64,000 nt of DNA from Promethearchaeota archaeon (GTDB lineage: Archaea > Asgardarchaeota > Lokiarchaeia > Sigyniarchaeales > SOKP01). Below are positions 19,219-29,428 of this stretch, piece after piece. Every line of letters begins with the position of its first letter. Position 1 is the first letter of the stretch. Where the stretch lies: the NCBI GenBank assembly GCA_016839745.1, contig JAEOTS010000044.1, positions 1 to 64,000 of the forward strand, read 5' to 3'. The notes under the pieces are model-generated. The model ran no database searches, was not told the DNA's origin, and was given only the letters and a program-made list of their open reading frames with translations. Made by a program: the position numbers and the translations under genes.

Positions 19219-21381
19219 TCAGTCGTAACCCATAACAAAGTGTACCTCATCTGCAACTCTCTTGAGATAACCTAAACGGCAGGCTTGGTTAAAATGGGTA
19301 TAATATTTTTTTTCAATTATCTCTTCTTCTTGTGCCAATTCTTTAAATTCCGAAAGAGACATTTTTCCGTCTTCGTTATAAGTTTCAGCAATTTTAATTA
19401 GCGTTTTTACGTTTTTATTTAAATACATTTTTCTTTCTGTCATTTTCTTATTTTTCTCTTTTTGATTACCTTTTAATTTTAATATAGACCTTTTTAGATT
19501 CGCTTCGTCCAATCTTAAAACATCAGAATAAAATGTTACTCCTGAATCTTTGAACAATTGGAACTCTTTACTCTGGACAAAACTATCCAGCTCAGAAATT
19601 ATTTCCTCAATTGAACGATCTGCAAGTAATTCTTTTTCTTTCTCACGCCTTTCACGGTAATTTTTAATTAAATCCAATTCCGAAACTAATGTTTGTTCTT
19701 TTTTAAAACAAATCTCTTCTCGATCTGCAATTTTACAGAGATCTAATTCCTTAATATGAGACAAAACCCAATGCATTGCAGATTCTTTTCTATCGGCAGC
19801 TTTATAAAATGGAACATCAATTGTTTCTCGAGCTACTAGTAAATAACATCTACCTGGGCTGTGTCTTCCCGTTCTTCCGCGTCTTTGAATTAATCTTATC
19901 TCAGAAGGTACAGGTTCGTAGAAAATTATTGCGTCAACATTGGGAATGTCAAGCCCTTCTTCTGCTACACTTGTAGCAATTAGAACATCTATTGCGCCTT
20001 CTTTAAATTGTTTTATTATTTCTATTTGGTGATCTTGTGAAAATCCTAAATCGTTAATTTTGCTAGCTTGACCTATGAATTTTTCTACATTTAATTGAGT
20101 TCCAAAGCGATTTTTAAATTTCTCCTTTAATAGTTCTGCCATTTCTCGGTATTGAGTAAAAATAATAATTTTAGTGCTTAAATGGTTTTCTAATTCTTCT
20201 GATACAATAGAAAATAACTTTTCTATTTTAGGATGAGCATAATCATCAATTTTATTCTGAAGGATATTATTCTTGATAAATTTGTAGTGCTCTGAGTTAA
20301 CAATTCTTTTAGCAGAAAGAATTTCTTGGTCAGATTTATACTCTAATTTTTCTAAAAATGTTAAAAACAAGGTTATATTCTGAGATTCTAATAAATCTTT
20401 ACCGTGAAGCAGAGAGATAAAACTAGAACAAAATGAGTATATCGATTGGATATTTAACGAGCCTTCATTTACGACATCAATAATCCGAGGTGATTGAAAA
20501 TAAAGAGCGCTCTGATACTCTTCTTCAGATAACTCTGGTATATAACCATTTTCATATTTAAGAGAGAGAGTTAGATCTCGCGAAATACCCAAGAAATCCG
20601 ACTTAGAATAATATCGCTTGCTCGGAGGAATTAATTTTTTCTCAATAAAATATTGAAGAAGTTTCTCAAATAAATTATACCAAATGGCACTTAACTCGAT
20701 TACTTCAATGGGTAAATCAACAAATTCTAAATAAGTATCAATATCGAATATATATTGTTGTACGTCTTTATCTTCGTAGGTTTTGAACAAAACATTCTCG
20801 ATGAATAAATTATTACATAATTGCTGGATGCGAAGATAACTTTTTCCAGGCGAAGCGGTTAATCCTAAAATGAGAGGATCTTGGCAAGTATTAATATATT
20901 CTGAAGATATAAAACAATACGCATAATTTCCTCTTGTTCTGTGAGCTTCGTCGAATATTATTAGGGAAACATGCTTTAAATCGTATCTACCTCTTTCAAT
21001 ATCGTTTTTAATAACTTGAGGTGTAGAGACGATTATCTTAGAGTTTTTAAAATGAAATATTCTTTTCTCAGGAGATATCTTACCCGTAAAGGATGTAATT
21101 GAATCGCAGTTGATATCTAAAAATTCCTCACAGGACGCTTTATGTTGAGAAACTAAAGGGCGGGTAGGGGCAAGAATAATAATCTTGGATTCTGGATATT
21201 TTTCCAAAGTTTTACCTATGAGTAAAACCCCTATAATTGTTTTTCCTAAGCCAGTTGGTAAAACTATTAAAGAATTTCTTCCTTTACATTTGTTAATAAT
21301 ATTTTTTTGGTATTTTCGATAAAATACCCTGTCCTTTTTCAAAAAAGGTTCGTTAAAATATCCAGAAACTTCACTAACCAT
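19219..21381 (-). CDS. hef: Hef/FANCM/Mph1-family DEAH helicase with no recognisable ERCC4 nuclease domain
   Basis: LPTGLGKT, DEAH, TASPG, TSVAEEGLDIP, QRRGRTGR. Confidence 0.88.
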   Translation of the reverse strand: MVSEVSGYFNEPFLKKDRVFYRKYQKNIINKCKGRNSLIVLPTGLGKTIIGVLLIGKTLEKYPESKIIILAPTRPLVSQHKASCEEFLDINCDSITSFTGKISPEKRIFHFKNSKIIVSTPQVIKNDIERGRYDLKHVSLIIFDEAHRTRGNYAYCFISSEYINTCQDPLILGLTASPGKSYLRIQQLCNNLFIENVLFKTYEDKDVQQYIFDIDTYLEFVDLPIEVIELSAIWYNLFEKLLQYFIEKKLIPPSKRYYSKSDFLGISRDLTLSLKYENGYIPELSEEEYQSALYFQSPRIIDVVNEGSLNIQSIYSFCSSFISLLHGKDLLESQNITLFLTFLEKLEYKSDQEILSAKRIVNSEHYKFIKNNILQNKIDDYAHPKIEKLFSIVSEELENHLSTKIIIFTQYREMAELLKEKFKNRFGTQLNVEKFIGQASKINDLGFSQDHQIEIIKQFKEGAIDVLIATSVAEEGLDIPNVDAIIFYEPVPSEIRLIQRRGRTGRHSPGRCYLLVARETIDVPFYKAADRKESAMHWVLSHIKELDLCKIADREEICFKKEQTLVSELDLIKNYRERREKEKELLADRSIEEIISELDSFVQSKEFQLFKDSGVTFYSDVLRLDEANLKRSILKLKGNQKEKNKKMTERKMYLNKNVKTLIKIAETYNEDGKMSLSEFKELAQEEEIIEKKYYTHFNQACRLGYLKRVADEVHFVMGYD

Positions 21382-21720
21382 GTTACAAAATAATTGAAGT
21401 GGTTTGTTTTTAATTCAGAGGGGGTTAAGATTTTTTAATCGAGAACCAACTATAGCATCTAAAAACACAAGTTTAATTTTTATAATAAATTGGTTTTTAT
21501 TGTTATTTAATCTTTAATAAATAATTTACTGGGAGTTTATTGCTATATTGATCAAACAAATACTATGTAGAGTCAACAAGTTTAAATATGATTATAACTT
21601 AAAATCATTAACTAACTGAATTTAAGCTTAACCTCTTCTACCAAGTTAGTTTGTATCAAGTATGGTTCACTTTAAATACGGTTAAGCTTAGCTATTGTGA
21701 AAAAAAATGTGTGATTAACT

Positions 21721-23310
21721 ATGAAGATATTATATGTAAATCCAGCGCGCTTGCAATCCGGAATGGATGCTATCATTACGGGTGCTCCTCTCTCCTTAAT
21801 TTCGATAGCTGCCATGGTCCCCAATCACGAAGCAAATTTGTTTGATTTCAAAGTTGATAAATATCACGAAAAAAGATTTCGTAGCGAATTGAATCGATAC
21901 GATGCAGTTGCTATTACAAGCATGACACCTCAGATTTATTCTGCTTTAGAAGTTGCAAAGATGGCTAAGGAGCAAGGATGTACCACTATTTTAGGAGGCT
22001 ACCATCCCACTCTGGTACCAGAATTTGTAGCTAAGCACGACTATGTAGATTTTACAGTTCGTGGTGAAGGAGAACATACATTTAAAGAGATTATTGATTA
22101 TATTGATAGCAATAAAAACAATATTTCTATCAAAGACATTGATGGAATCTCCTACAGAGATAACGATGGTAAGGTTATTCATAATAATGAGAGGCAACTA
22201 GAACACAACTTAGATAACTTTCCAATGCCTAGGAGAGATTTGTTAAAAGGAAAACTTTATACTTATTTAGGCACAACTACGCGTCAAGTAGAGACTTCTC
22301 GAGGGTGTCCACACAATTGTAAGTTTTGTTGCATTATTAAGATGTGGAGAAATTCAAACCAGCCAATTACTTACAGAACAAAATCAATTCCACGAATTAT
22401 GCGCGAAGTTTATGATGTAAATAAACGAGAAAAACCAGATTTTATTTTTTTCTGTGAGGACAATTTCACTATCAATGTAAAGCGGACCAATAAAATATTA
22501 GACACTATTATAAGGTCGAGGATTAATAGTAAAATGCACTTTTCCTGCCAATCGCGCGTTGATACTCTTTACAGAAATCCAGATTTAATTGAAAAACTCT
22601 ATAAAGCAAATTTTAGACAAGTTTTTCTAGGGATTGAATCAGTACATCAACAAAGTTTAGACGCAATGAATAAAAGAAATACCACACCTGCTATGGTTAA
22701 ACAAGTAGTTAAAAGTTTACGAGATAAAGGCATATCAATCTTTGGAGGTGTTATAATTGGATTCCCAGGTGAAACAAAACGCATGGTTAGACAAAATATC
22801 CAGAATACAATCGATCTCGACTTAGATTGCGTTCAGTTTACGCCGATTACGGCCTTTCCAGGAACAGATTTTTATGATGAAATGAAAGAAAAAGGAAGGA
22901 TAACGACAAATAATTATAAATTTTACGACTTGTTCCATCCAATGATGGGAACCCCAGAATTGACTTCAAAAGAGATGTATCGCCTTGTAGCCGAAGCTTA
23001 TGCGGCATTTTATCTAAAAGGATGGCTATTAAGAAGAGCAAAAGAATATTTGAATCCCTTTGGTAAATTTAATTGGATGCTTTCGTGTTTGGGAAGGCTA
23101 GTAAAGCAAGGTGTCTTAGGTGGACTTTCAATGTTTTACAGTCAGGGAATTACTACTAAAGTTATTTCTGACGAGTTAAAAAATAAAGAAGATTTGATGA
23201 AAGATATAAATGTATCCGTTCAAGAAACAGCTGCTAAAAAATCGCATCATGGTCTTGAAGATAACATTCTAAAGTCTAAAACTGTTAAAGAAATAAGTGA
23301 ACAAATCTAA
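21721..23310 (+). CDS. B12-binding domain radical SAM protein (class B methyltransferase-like)
   Basis: GGYHPT and RGEGE cobalamin domain; SRGCPHNCKFC; GIES; GFPGET; PGT. Confidence 0.9.
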   Translation: MKILYVNPARLQSGMDAIITGAPLSLISIAAMVPNHEANLFDFKVDKYHEKRFRSELNRYDAVAITSMTPQIYSALEVAKMAKEQGCTTILGGYHPTLVPEFVAKHDYVDFTVRGEGEHTFKEIIDYIDSNKNNISIKDIDGISYRDNDGKVIHNNERQLEHNLDNFPMPRRDLLKGKLYTYLGTTTRQVETSRGCPHNCKFCCIIKMWRNSNQPITYRTKSIPRIMREVYDVNKREKPDFIFFCEDNFTINVKRTNKILDTIIRSRINSKMHFSCQSRVDTLYRNPDLIEKLYKANFRQVFLGIESVHQQSLDAMNKRNTTPAMVKQVVKSLRDKGISIFGGVIIGFPGETKRMVRQNIQNTIDLDLDCVQFTPITAFPGTDFYDEMKEKGRITTNNYKFYDLFHPMMGTPELTSKEMYRLVAEAYAAFYLKGWLLRRAKEYLNPFGKFNWMLSCLGRLVKQGVLGGLSMFYSQGITTKVISDELKNKEDLMKDINVSVQETAAKKSHHGLEDNILKSKTVKEISEQI

Positions 23311-23459
23311 ATCTTAAAGTCCATTAAATTAACCTACTTTCAATATAAAATGCTGTTTTCTTAGTTTTTTACATGAAAGTAAGTGTTTTAAAGGATATTG
23401 AATAAGTTAACATTTTAACCAGTGTATTATTTTCAATCTCAAAAAAATTAAAAATATTA

Positions 23460-24854
23460 GTGATCAATCTGAAAATTGCTTTTATTGGAGCTGGTTCAAT
23501 AATATTTGGTGAGAAAATTTTTACTGATATATTAACATTCCCTTCAATACAAAAAGATACGACTATTTGTCTTGAAGATATTGACGAGCATCGATTAAAT
23601 TTGATGTATAACCTAATGAACAGGTATAAAGAGACGAATCCTAAGGAACTGGAAGGAGTTTCATTTGAAAAAACGACAGATATGAGAAAAGCAATATCTG
23701 ACGCAAAGTATATTATTAGTGCGATTCATGTTGGTGGTTTAGATGCATTTCAAGCAGATGTAGAGATTCCGTTTAAGTATGGGGTCTCGCAATGCATAGG
23801 AGATACATTAGGACCGGGAGGTGTATTTCGGTTTTTGCGGAATGCGCCTGTGTTAAAACAAATAGTTGAATTAATAAAGGAAGTAGGTTTCAACTCTGAA
23901 AATCAGGAAGGAAAACCTCTTTTTCTTAACTACACAAATCCTATGGCAATGAATGTATGGTATAGCAATTCAATTAACCCAGATTCAACTGTTGGGCTCT
24001 GTCACGGAGTTCAAGGAACGAGTATGGTGTTAAGGGATTGGATTGGTGTTAGACCGGAGAATTATAGCTTTCTTTGCGCAGGAATTAACCACATGGCATG
24101 GTTCCTTGAATTGTGGTATCGAGAATCTAGCTCTTCAGATTCTCCTTGGAAAAATGCTTATCCTCGCTTATATAAAAGACATGAAGATAATTCAAATCTC
24201 ATTAGGGGAGAACTTCTTCGATGGGACATGATGGAAGCAACTGGACATTTTATGACAGAGACTTCGGGACACCTTAGTGAGTATCTTCCTTATTATCGCA
24301 AAAGAAATGAATTAATAGAAAAATATAGGGGATCAAAAACGGAACATTCGAGCTTATTGCAAGCAGAAGATTATCGTATGCAGGTAAAGAACGCAGGAAA
24401 AATGGAACGACGATTTGAGCGAAGATTATCAAGGAAAAAGCTTAATCTAAAACAAGCTCCATCCTATGAATATGGTTCTCATATAATTAATGCTATTGAA
24501 ACTGATATCCCGTTTAGATTTAATGGTAATGTAATGAATAAAAATGGATCGTTAATAACAAACCTACCGAAAGATTGTTGTGTGGAAGTTCCTGTGTTCG
24601 CAGATTACCATGGTCTGCATCCACAAGGAGGAATTACGCTACCTACTATATGTCAAGGTTTATGCGCTTCGAACGTAATGGTCCAAAAAGCTGCAGTTGA
24701 GGGGCAGCTGATGCTAGATAAAGAGAAAATTTATCACGCAGTTTTATTAGATCCCAATACAGCTAGCGTCTGCTCTCCTAAGGAAGTTCGAGATATGGTA
24801 GATGAAATGTTCGAAGCGGAGAAACAGTGGCTGCCTCAGTTTGAGAGGTTATAA
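23460..24854 (+). CDS. melA: glycoside hydrolase family 4 alpha-galactosidase
   Basis: IGAGS, GDTLGPGG, NYTNPM, GLCHGV, GINHMAWF. Confidence 0.88.
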   Translation: MINLKIAFIGAGSIIFGEKIFTDILTFPSIQKDTTICLEDIDEHRLNLMYNLMNRYKETNPKELEGVSFEKTTDMRKAISDAKYIISAIHVGGLDAFQADVEIPFKYGVSQCIGDTLGPGGVFRFLRNAPVLKQIVELIKEVGFNSENQEGKPLFLNYTNPMAMNVWYSNSINPDSTVGLCHGVQGTSMVLRDWIGVRPENYSFLCAGINHMAWFLELWYRESSSSDSPWKNAYPRLYKRHEDNSNLIRGELLRWDMMEATGHFMTETSGHLSEYLPYYRKRNELIEKYRGSKTEHSSLLQAEDYRMQVKNAGKMERRFERRLSRKKLNLKQAPSYEYGSHIINAIETDIPFRFNGNVMNKNGSLITNLPKDCCVEVPVFADYHGLHPQGGITLPTICQGLCASNVMVQKAAVEGQLMLDKEKIYHAVLLDPNTASVCSPKEVRDMVDEMFEAEKQWLPQFERL

Positions 24855-25156
24855 TTATTCCTTTAGAATGGTATAAAAAGAATTATTTCCTTCAACCAAT
24901 AAATTATAATCAAAATCAGAGTTTAATTTAAATTTAGTAAAACAAATTTTTATATTTCTACAAGCTCATATCATATATGGGTTGTTTTAACACCATATAT
25001 CTTTTTTTCTGTGGTAAATCTTTTTCTTAAAAGATTTATCGCAGTTTCTCCTTAAATCTAACGAGATAATTGCATCTTTACTTTTAAAACTTAGAAAGCA
25101 AAAAAAAAAGAAAAAGAAGATTTATATTTTTTTAGTTAGAAATAATTTGCTATTGC

Positions 25157-25366
25157 TTAGAAGTACTTAATAGCAAGTAGGATGTCGTCCCGAGTGACTT
25201 TCTTTCTTTTACCATGTTTGGTTAAAGTCAATGCAGATTTTGTAATTTTTACTGCGGAAGCGCTCATCCAATCAACTAATTCGTCCACTGCGTCTCGAGC
25301 AACGATAATTGCACCGTTGTGTTTCATGAGTCGCCTAATTGGGGACCAGGAAATATATTCAGCCAT
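25157..25366 (-). CDS. archaeal histone (HMf-like, tail-less)
   Basis: PIRRLMK..GA..V..DA...A..LT.HGKRKKV...DI.LA histone fold; GGAGG SD. Confidence 0.93.
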   Translation of the reverse strand: MAEYISWSPIRRLMKHNGAIIVARDAVDELVDWMSASAVKITKSALTLTKHGKRKKVTRDDILLAIKYF

Positions 25367-25798
25367 TTTTTATTCCTCCACTTATGGTTAATTTACTTAT
25401 ATTTTTATTGAAATTTATTATATTTTAAGAGTTAGTTATATATGATATCATCTTCTACTTATTTAAAGATTTTGATTCAAGCTTAATTTTCGAAAGAATA
25501 AAAAGAAAAAAATTTAACGACAAAAATCAAATCGTACTAATCGATTCATTTCGTGCAACATAAATTTCTTTTACCAAATTTTTAATTCCATCAAAATTTG
25601 AAGATTAAAACTTAATATACTTATAAAATCTAACGACAATAAGTGATCAGTAAAAATTTAAGAAGAAATTAAACAATTATTCAAATTGTGAAGCGCTAAT
25701 ATGTGAAGTTTTTGGTCATATGAAACTTAAAAAAGATAGAATTATTTTGAATAGAAACGGTTGAAAAGAAGAATTGAACGTAAATTTAGCTAAATAAA

Positions 25799-26812
25799 CT
25801 AATTCCATATGATCTGTTCATAATTACACTTATTACATTCGATAGATTTACCTCTTCCCGGAAAGTAAGGTAATGTATTACCACAATATTTGCATTCCAA
25901 GGGGTAAATTTGATCCTCTGAAGAAATTTGACCAAGTTGTATCATTTCGCGTTTAAAAATGTTAACAAAATTTGTTAAGACAGATATAAGAAGGTGAGGA
26001 TTTGACGAGGCTGCTAACCACTCTATTTTACCAGCCAGAATCTGCCCAATTACTAAGATATCATTTCCTGACACAATATCTGTGCCATAAAACCAGCTAA
26101 TTTTATTATTTTGATTTTTAAGAATTAATTGAAAATTAGTATCATGGATAGTTTTAATGATCTGTTCAAAGAAGTAATTCTCGTCAAATATCCCGTCAAA
26201 GTCAATCCCGATACTTTTATTTGCTTTTTTTATCCATGGTTTTTCTAAAAATCTTTTAATATCTGATTGTGGTATTATTTTTCTTTCAATACTAAACGGG
26301 TTTAATTCAATATTAATAGAATCAGTATCGATTGCTCTAATAAAATCTGCGTTGTTAACAAAAGTGATAAAAGATTTAATCTTACCTTTCCTTTCTAATA
26401 ATAACGGACAGAGATACAAATTAATTTGCTTCTGGGAATTACCGTTCAAAAGTTCAAATTCCATTTTAACTTGTTTCTCTTCGATTCCTTCATTCTTACT
26501 TTCATCTCCAGATTTAAGAGATTCTATCGTTAATGTTGGTGGAGTGCTTCTACAAAGCCTGAAAAATTCTGGAATAATGATTCTAATTTTAACTTCTGTT
26601 ATAGGATCAGAGCTTTGATTCTTTATTAGCAGAGAATAAAGATAATTTCCTCCAAAAGGGATTAATTTATAGACCATATTTATTTTATCTTCTTGATCGA
26701 TATATTGTAGAGGTTCAGATTCGAATTCATTAGAGTCTTTGGAGGATTGTTCTCTAAATAATATTAATTCGTGCACATCCTCTGGGTTTTGATCGATCTT
26801 TTTCTTAGCCAT
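25799..26812 (-). CDS. hypothetical protein: beta-rich domain, alpha/beta domain, C-terminal zinc ribbon
   Basis: 337-aa ORF; CKYC...CNKC. Confidence 0.7.
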   Translation of the reverse strand: MAKKKIDQNPEDVHELILFREQSSKDSNEFESEPLQYIDQEDKINMVYKLIPFGGNYLYSLLIKNQSSDPITEVKIRIIIPEFFRLCRSTPPTLTIESLKSGDESKNEGIEEKQVKMEFELLNGNSQKQINLYLCPLLLERKGKIKSFITFVNNADFIRAIDTDSINIELNPFSIERKIIPQSDIKRFLEKPWIKKANKSIGIDFDGIFDENYFFEQIIKTIHDTNFQLILKNQNNKISWFYGTDIVSGNDILVIGQILAGKIEWLAASSNPHLLISVLTNFVNIFKREMIQLGQISSEDQIYPLECKYCGNTLPYFPGRGKSIECNKCNYEQIIWN

Positions 26813-26943
26813 GAAAATATACGCCGACTTTTCGATAAATTGATTATTATCGATTATATAGAAGGAATATTACTATTTTAATTTATAATTTTTTTTGAAC
26901 TAATGTTTTTTTTATAGATGGTTTCCTAAGATCTATCAACACT

Positions 26944-27636
26944 ATGAAAGAACTGAGCGAATTAGAACCATTATTTGAAAGTCGTACTATTAAACCTACC
27001 TTCGAATATGTTCATGTCTTATTATCACTATTTATATTTGGAGAAAATTCAGAAGGTATTGGAAGATATCGCCTTAAGGAAGAGTTACAGATTGGTTCGG
27101 GGACGGCTAAATCTTTATTTAAAAAATTGAAAGATGTTAGTAAATTTATCATGGTTCCAAGTGAGGGAAAAGGAAGTAATAGTGAAATACAGAGAAAGGG
27201 ACATATATTAACGGAAAAAGGTTATAATTTTTTAACAAAAATTAAAAAAAAGATTCCTATTTTAGAGAAAGCAAATTTGAAGTTTTTGAAAGAGATTATT
27301 ATTGAACCTGAAAATGTCAATCCTTATTTCTGTTTAGTTAAGAACGCTGCTAAAAATATTAATGATGGAATAGAGCAAAGAGATGCTGCAATAAAGATTG
27401 ATGGTTCTGGAGCCACATGTCTTATCTATAACGGGAAAGATATGTATTTTCCAACAAAAGCAAGTAACATAAATGAGAGAGAGAAAATAAATCAAAACAC
27501 ATTGAATTATTTTAAAACTGAGATTGAAGACGCAAATGTGAAATTCGAAATTAACGATGTAATTATTATTGGTTCCGGAGATAATCCACAAAAGTCACGA
27601 TTAGCTACCCTAAACGCGGCTTTAACTTTATTTTGA
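26944..27636 (+). CDS. winged-helix protein, DUF4443-like
   Basis: IGRYRLKEELQIGSGTAKSL HTH; GIEQRDAAIK..GSGAT. Confidence 0.75.
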   Translation: MKELSELEPLFESRTIKPTFEYVHVLLSLFIFGENSEGIGRYRLKEELQIGSGTAKSLFKKLKDVSKFIMVPSEGKGSNSEIQRKGHILTEKGYNFLTKIKKKIPILEKANLKFLKEIIIEPENVNPYFCLVKNAAKNINDGIEQRDAAIKIDGSGATCLIYNGKDMYFPTKASNINEREKINQNTLNYFKTEIEDANVKFEINDVIIIGSGDNPQKSRLATLNAALTLF

Positions 27637-27656
27637 TTCTAAGTATTTGACATAAA

Positions 27657-28136
27657 ATGAGATTTGAAAACGATATAGTTTTTGTGATAGACAGGAATTT
27701 AATTAGTGACATTAATAAATGTATTGAGAAAGCCCACCCAAACGAAGCATGTGGTTTTATTTTTGGTGATATTCAAGAATTTAATAATAATGGTGATTTT
27801 AAATATAAATATTCCAGTGAAATTTTTCAGTGCATTGAATCTAGCATATCAAGTCCCGCGTCATTTTTAATAGATAATGATAAAAAAATATTGGAGCTAT
27901 CAAACACTACATTAAAAAAGAAAGGCTTAAAACTATTAGCTATTTTTCACTCTCATCCTGCGGGAGCAAATCCTAGTAGTATTGATAAAAAATGTATGAA
28001 ATATTATCATAATTGTGGTATAAAAAAGTTTACTCATTTAGTTTGGATAATAGTAGATTCCAGAAATAAAGATAGTAATGGATTTATTTATTTGGACAAT
28101 AAGCTTACTAAGATAAAAATAGAAGTAAGTGAATAA
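27657..28136 (+). CDS. JAMM/MPN+ metallo-isopeptidase (Mov34 family)
   Basis: PNEACG and FHSHPAGANPSSID (E...HxH-x7-S-x2-D). Confidence 0.9.
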   Translation: MRFENDIVFVIDRNLISDINKCIEKAHPNEACGFIFGDIQEFNNNGDFKYKYSSEIFQCIESSISSPASFLIDNDKKILELSNTTLKKKGLKLLAIFHSHPAGANPSSIDKKCMKYYHNCGIKKFTHLVWIIVDSRNKDSNGFIYLDNKLTKIKIEVSE

Positions 28137-28206
28137 TAATATTACAAAATAATTTTATGTTTCAATTCTAAAACGAAAATAATAAAAGATTAAGAGATAA
28201 TACGAT

Positions 28207-28848
28207 TTATTGAACTTGATTATAACCCGTTTTGTCAATGGTGCAAATTTGAATATCAAATCCCGAAGCAGCGTCTCTTTCTCGAGAGCTTGATATTGCT
28301 GTTTTTATTAAGTTGATTCCAGTAGCTTTAGTCATATTTGGTTTCCAATCTGCTTCTAAAACACCAATAGAAAATGGAGAACCTGAGCCAAAAGAAATAA
28401 AATTCTCTTCTTCGTATAGGGTTCCTAGCAAATCAACACCATAAAGGAGTCCACTTTTCTTTTTTAGGGAATATCCCCCAACAATCATCATACATAGAAA
28501 ATACGATCTTCCGCTAAATAGAATATTTCTAGTCATACTGGCGATGTATTGTGGATCTGGCACTTTTTCCCCTTCTACTTGCTTCAATCTCGAGAGAGCT
28601 TTAAGTTGATTAACAACATATTGACAATCTGCCACTCCTCCAGAAATAGTAGCACATGTATAATCATTAATCTTAAATAGCTTCTGAGCGGTCTTAGTAG
28701 CTACAGTATATCCCGCTGTAGCTTGGGACTCAGTTCCAACTACTACACCATCTTTGACAATAATTCCTACCGTTGTCGTACTTGATCTAACTATTTTATT
28801 TAGTGTATCCTTGTCAATGTTAAGCTTATTGGGCTTATTTTCCATCAT
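28207..28848 (-). CDS. psmB: 20S proteasome beta subunit
   Basis: TTTVGI..KDGVV, K33-equivalent, SGGVAD, GSGS, RDAASG. Confidence 0.92.
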   Translation of the reverse strand: MMENKPNKLNIDKDTLNKIVRSSTTTVGIIVKDGVVVGTESQATAGYTVATKTAQKLFKINDYTCATISGGVADCQYVVNQLKALSRLKQVEGEKVPDPQYIASMTRNILFSGRSYFLCMMIVGGYSLKKKSGLLYGVDLLGTLYEEENFISFGSGSPFSIGVLEADWKPNMTKATGINLIKTAISSSRERDAASGFDIQICTIDKTGYNQVQ

Positions 28849-29037
28849 TCTCTTCAACAAACAATAATTATTCAGTAGTATATATTCGATAATTTAATAA
28901 TTATACTTAATAAAATAATCTTTACTATTTCTATTTTTCTTTTAGAAATTATAAACTTCGATTCTAAACACAAAAATTTTAAAGAAATAGTATATTATCG
29001 TTTATATCATAGTCAACCCGACAAGTGTCAATATATC

Positions 29038-29421
29038 ATGGCAAGAAGTCAAGCAAGGAGTAAAAGAAAATATACAGGGAAAAAGTACAAATATTTCCAT
29101 AAAAAAAGGAAAAGAGAATTAAATCGCCCCTCAATAGAAACTCAAATAGGACAGGAAAAGAAAAAGAAACAGCGTACTTTAGGAGGTAATTCTAAACTTA
29201 AGTTATTCTCGTCGACTTTCATAAATGTAACAGATCTTACTACAAATAAGACTTCTAAGGTCAAGATATTAAAATTCGAAAGCAATGCTGCTTCTAAGGA
29301 TTTAAATAGGCGTCATATTCTTACTAAGGGTGCTATTGTTGAAACCGAATTGGGAAAAGCAAGAATCTCAAGTCGTCCAGGGCAACACGGAATTCTAAAT
29401 GGAATTCTAATAAGTGAATAA
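29038..29421 (+). CDS. rps8e: 30S ribosomal protein S8e
   Basis: RSKRKYTG, KRKREL, RTLGGN, TKGAIVETELG.A..SSRPGQ.G. Confidence 0.96.
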   Translation: MARSQARSKRKYTGKKYKYFHKKRKRELNRPSIETQIGQEKKKKQRTLGGNSKLKLFSSTFINVTDLTTNKTSKVKILKFESNAASKDLNRRHILTKGAIVETELGKARISSRPGQHGILNGILISE

Positions 29422-29428
29422 TTTTTAC

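Noticed and set aside
25080-25156. Eukaryote-like histone mRNA 3' stem-loop
   Set aside because: Only U-rich terminator-like tracts follow the stop; no 6-bp/4-nt consensus stem-loop
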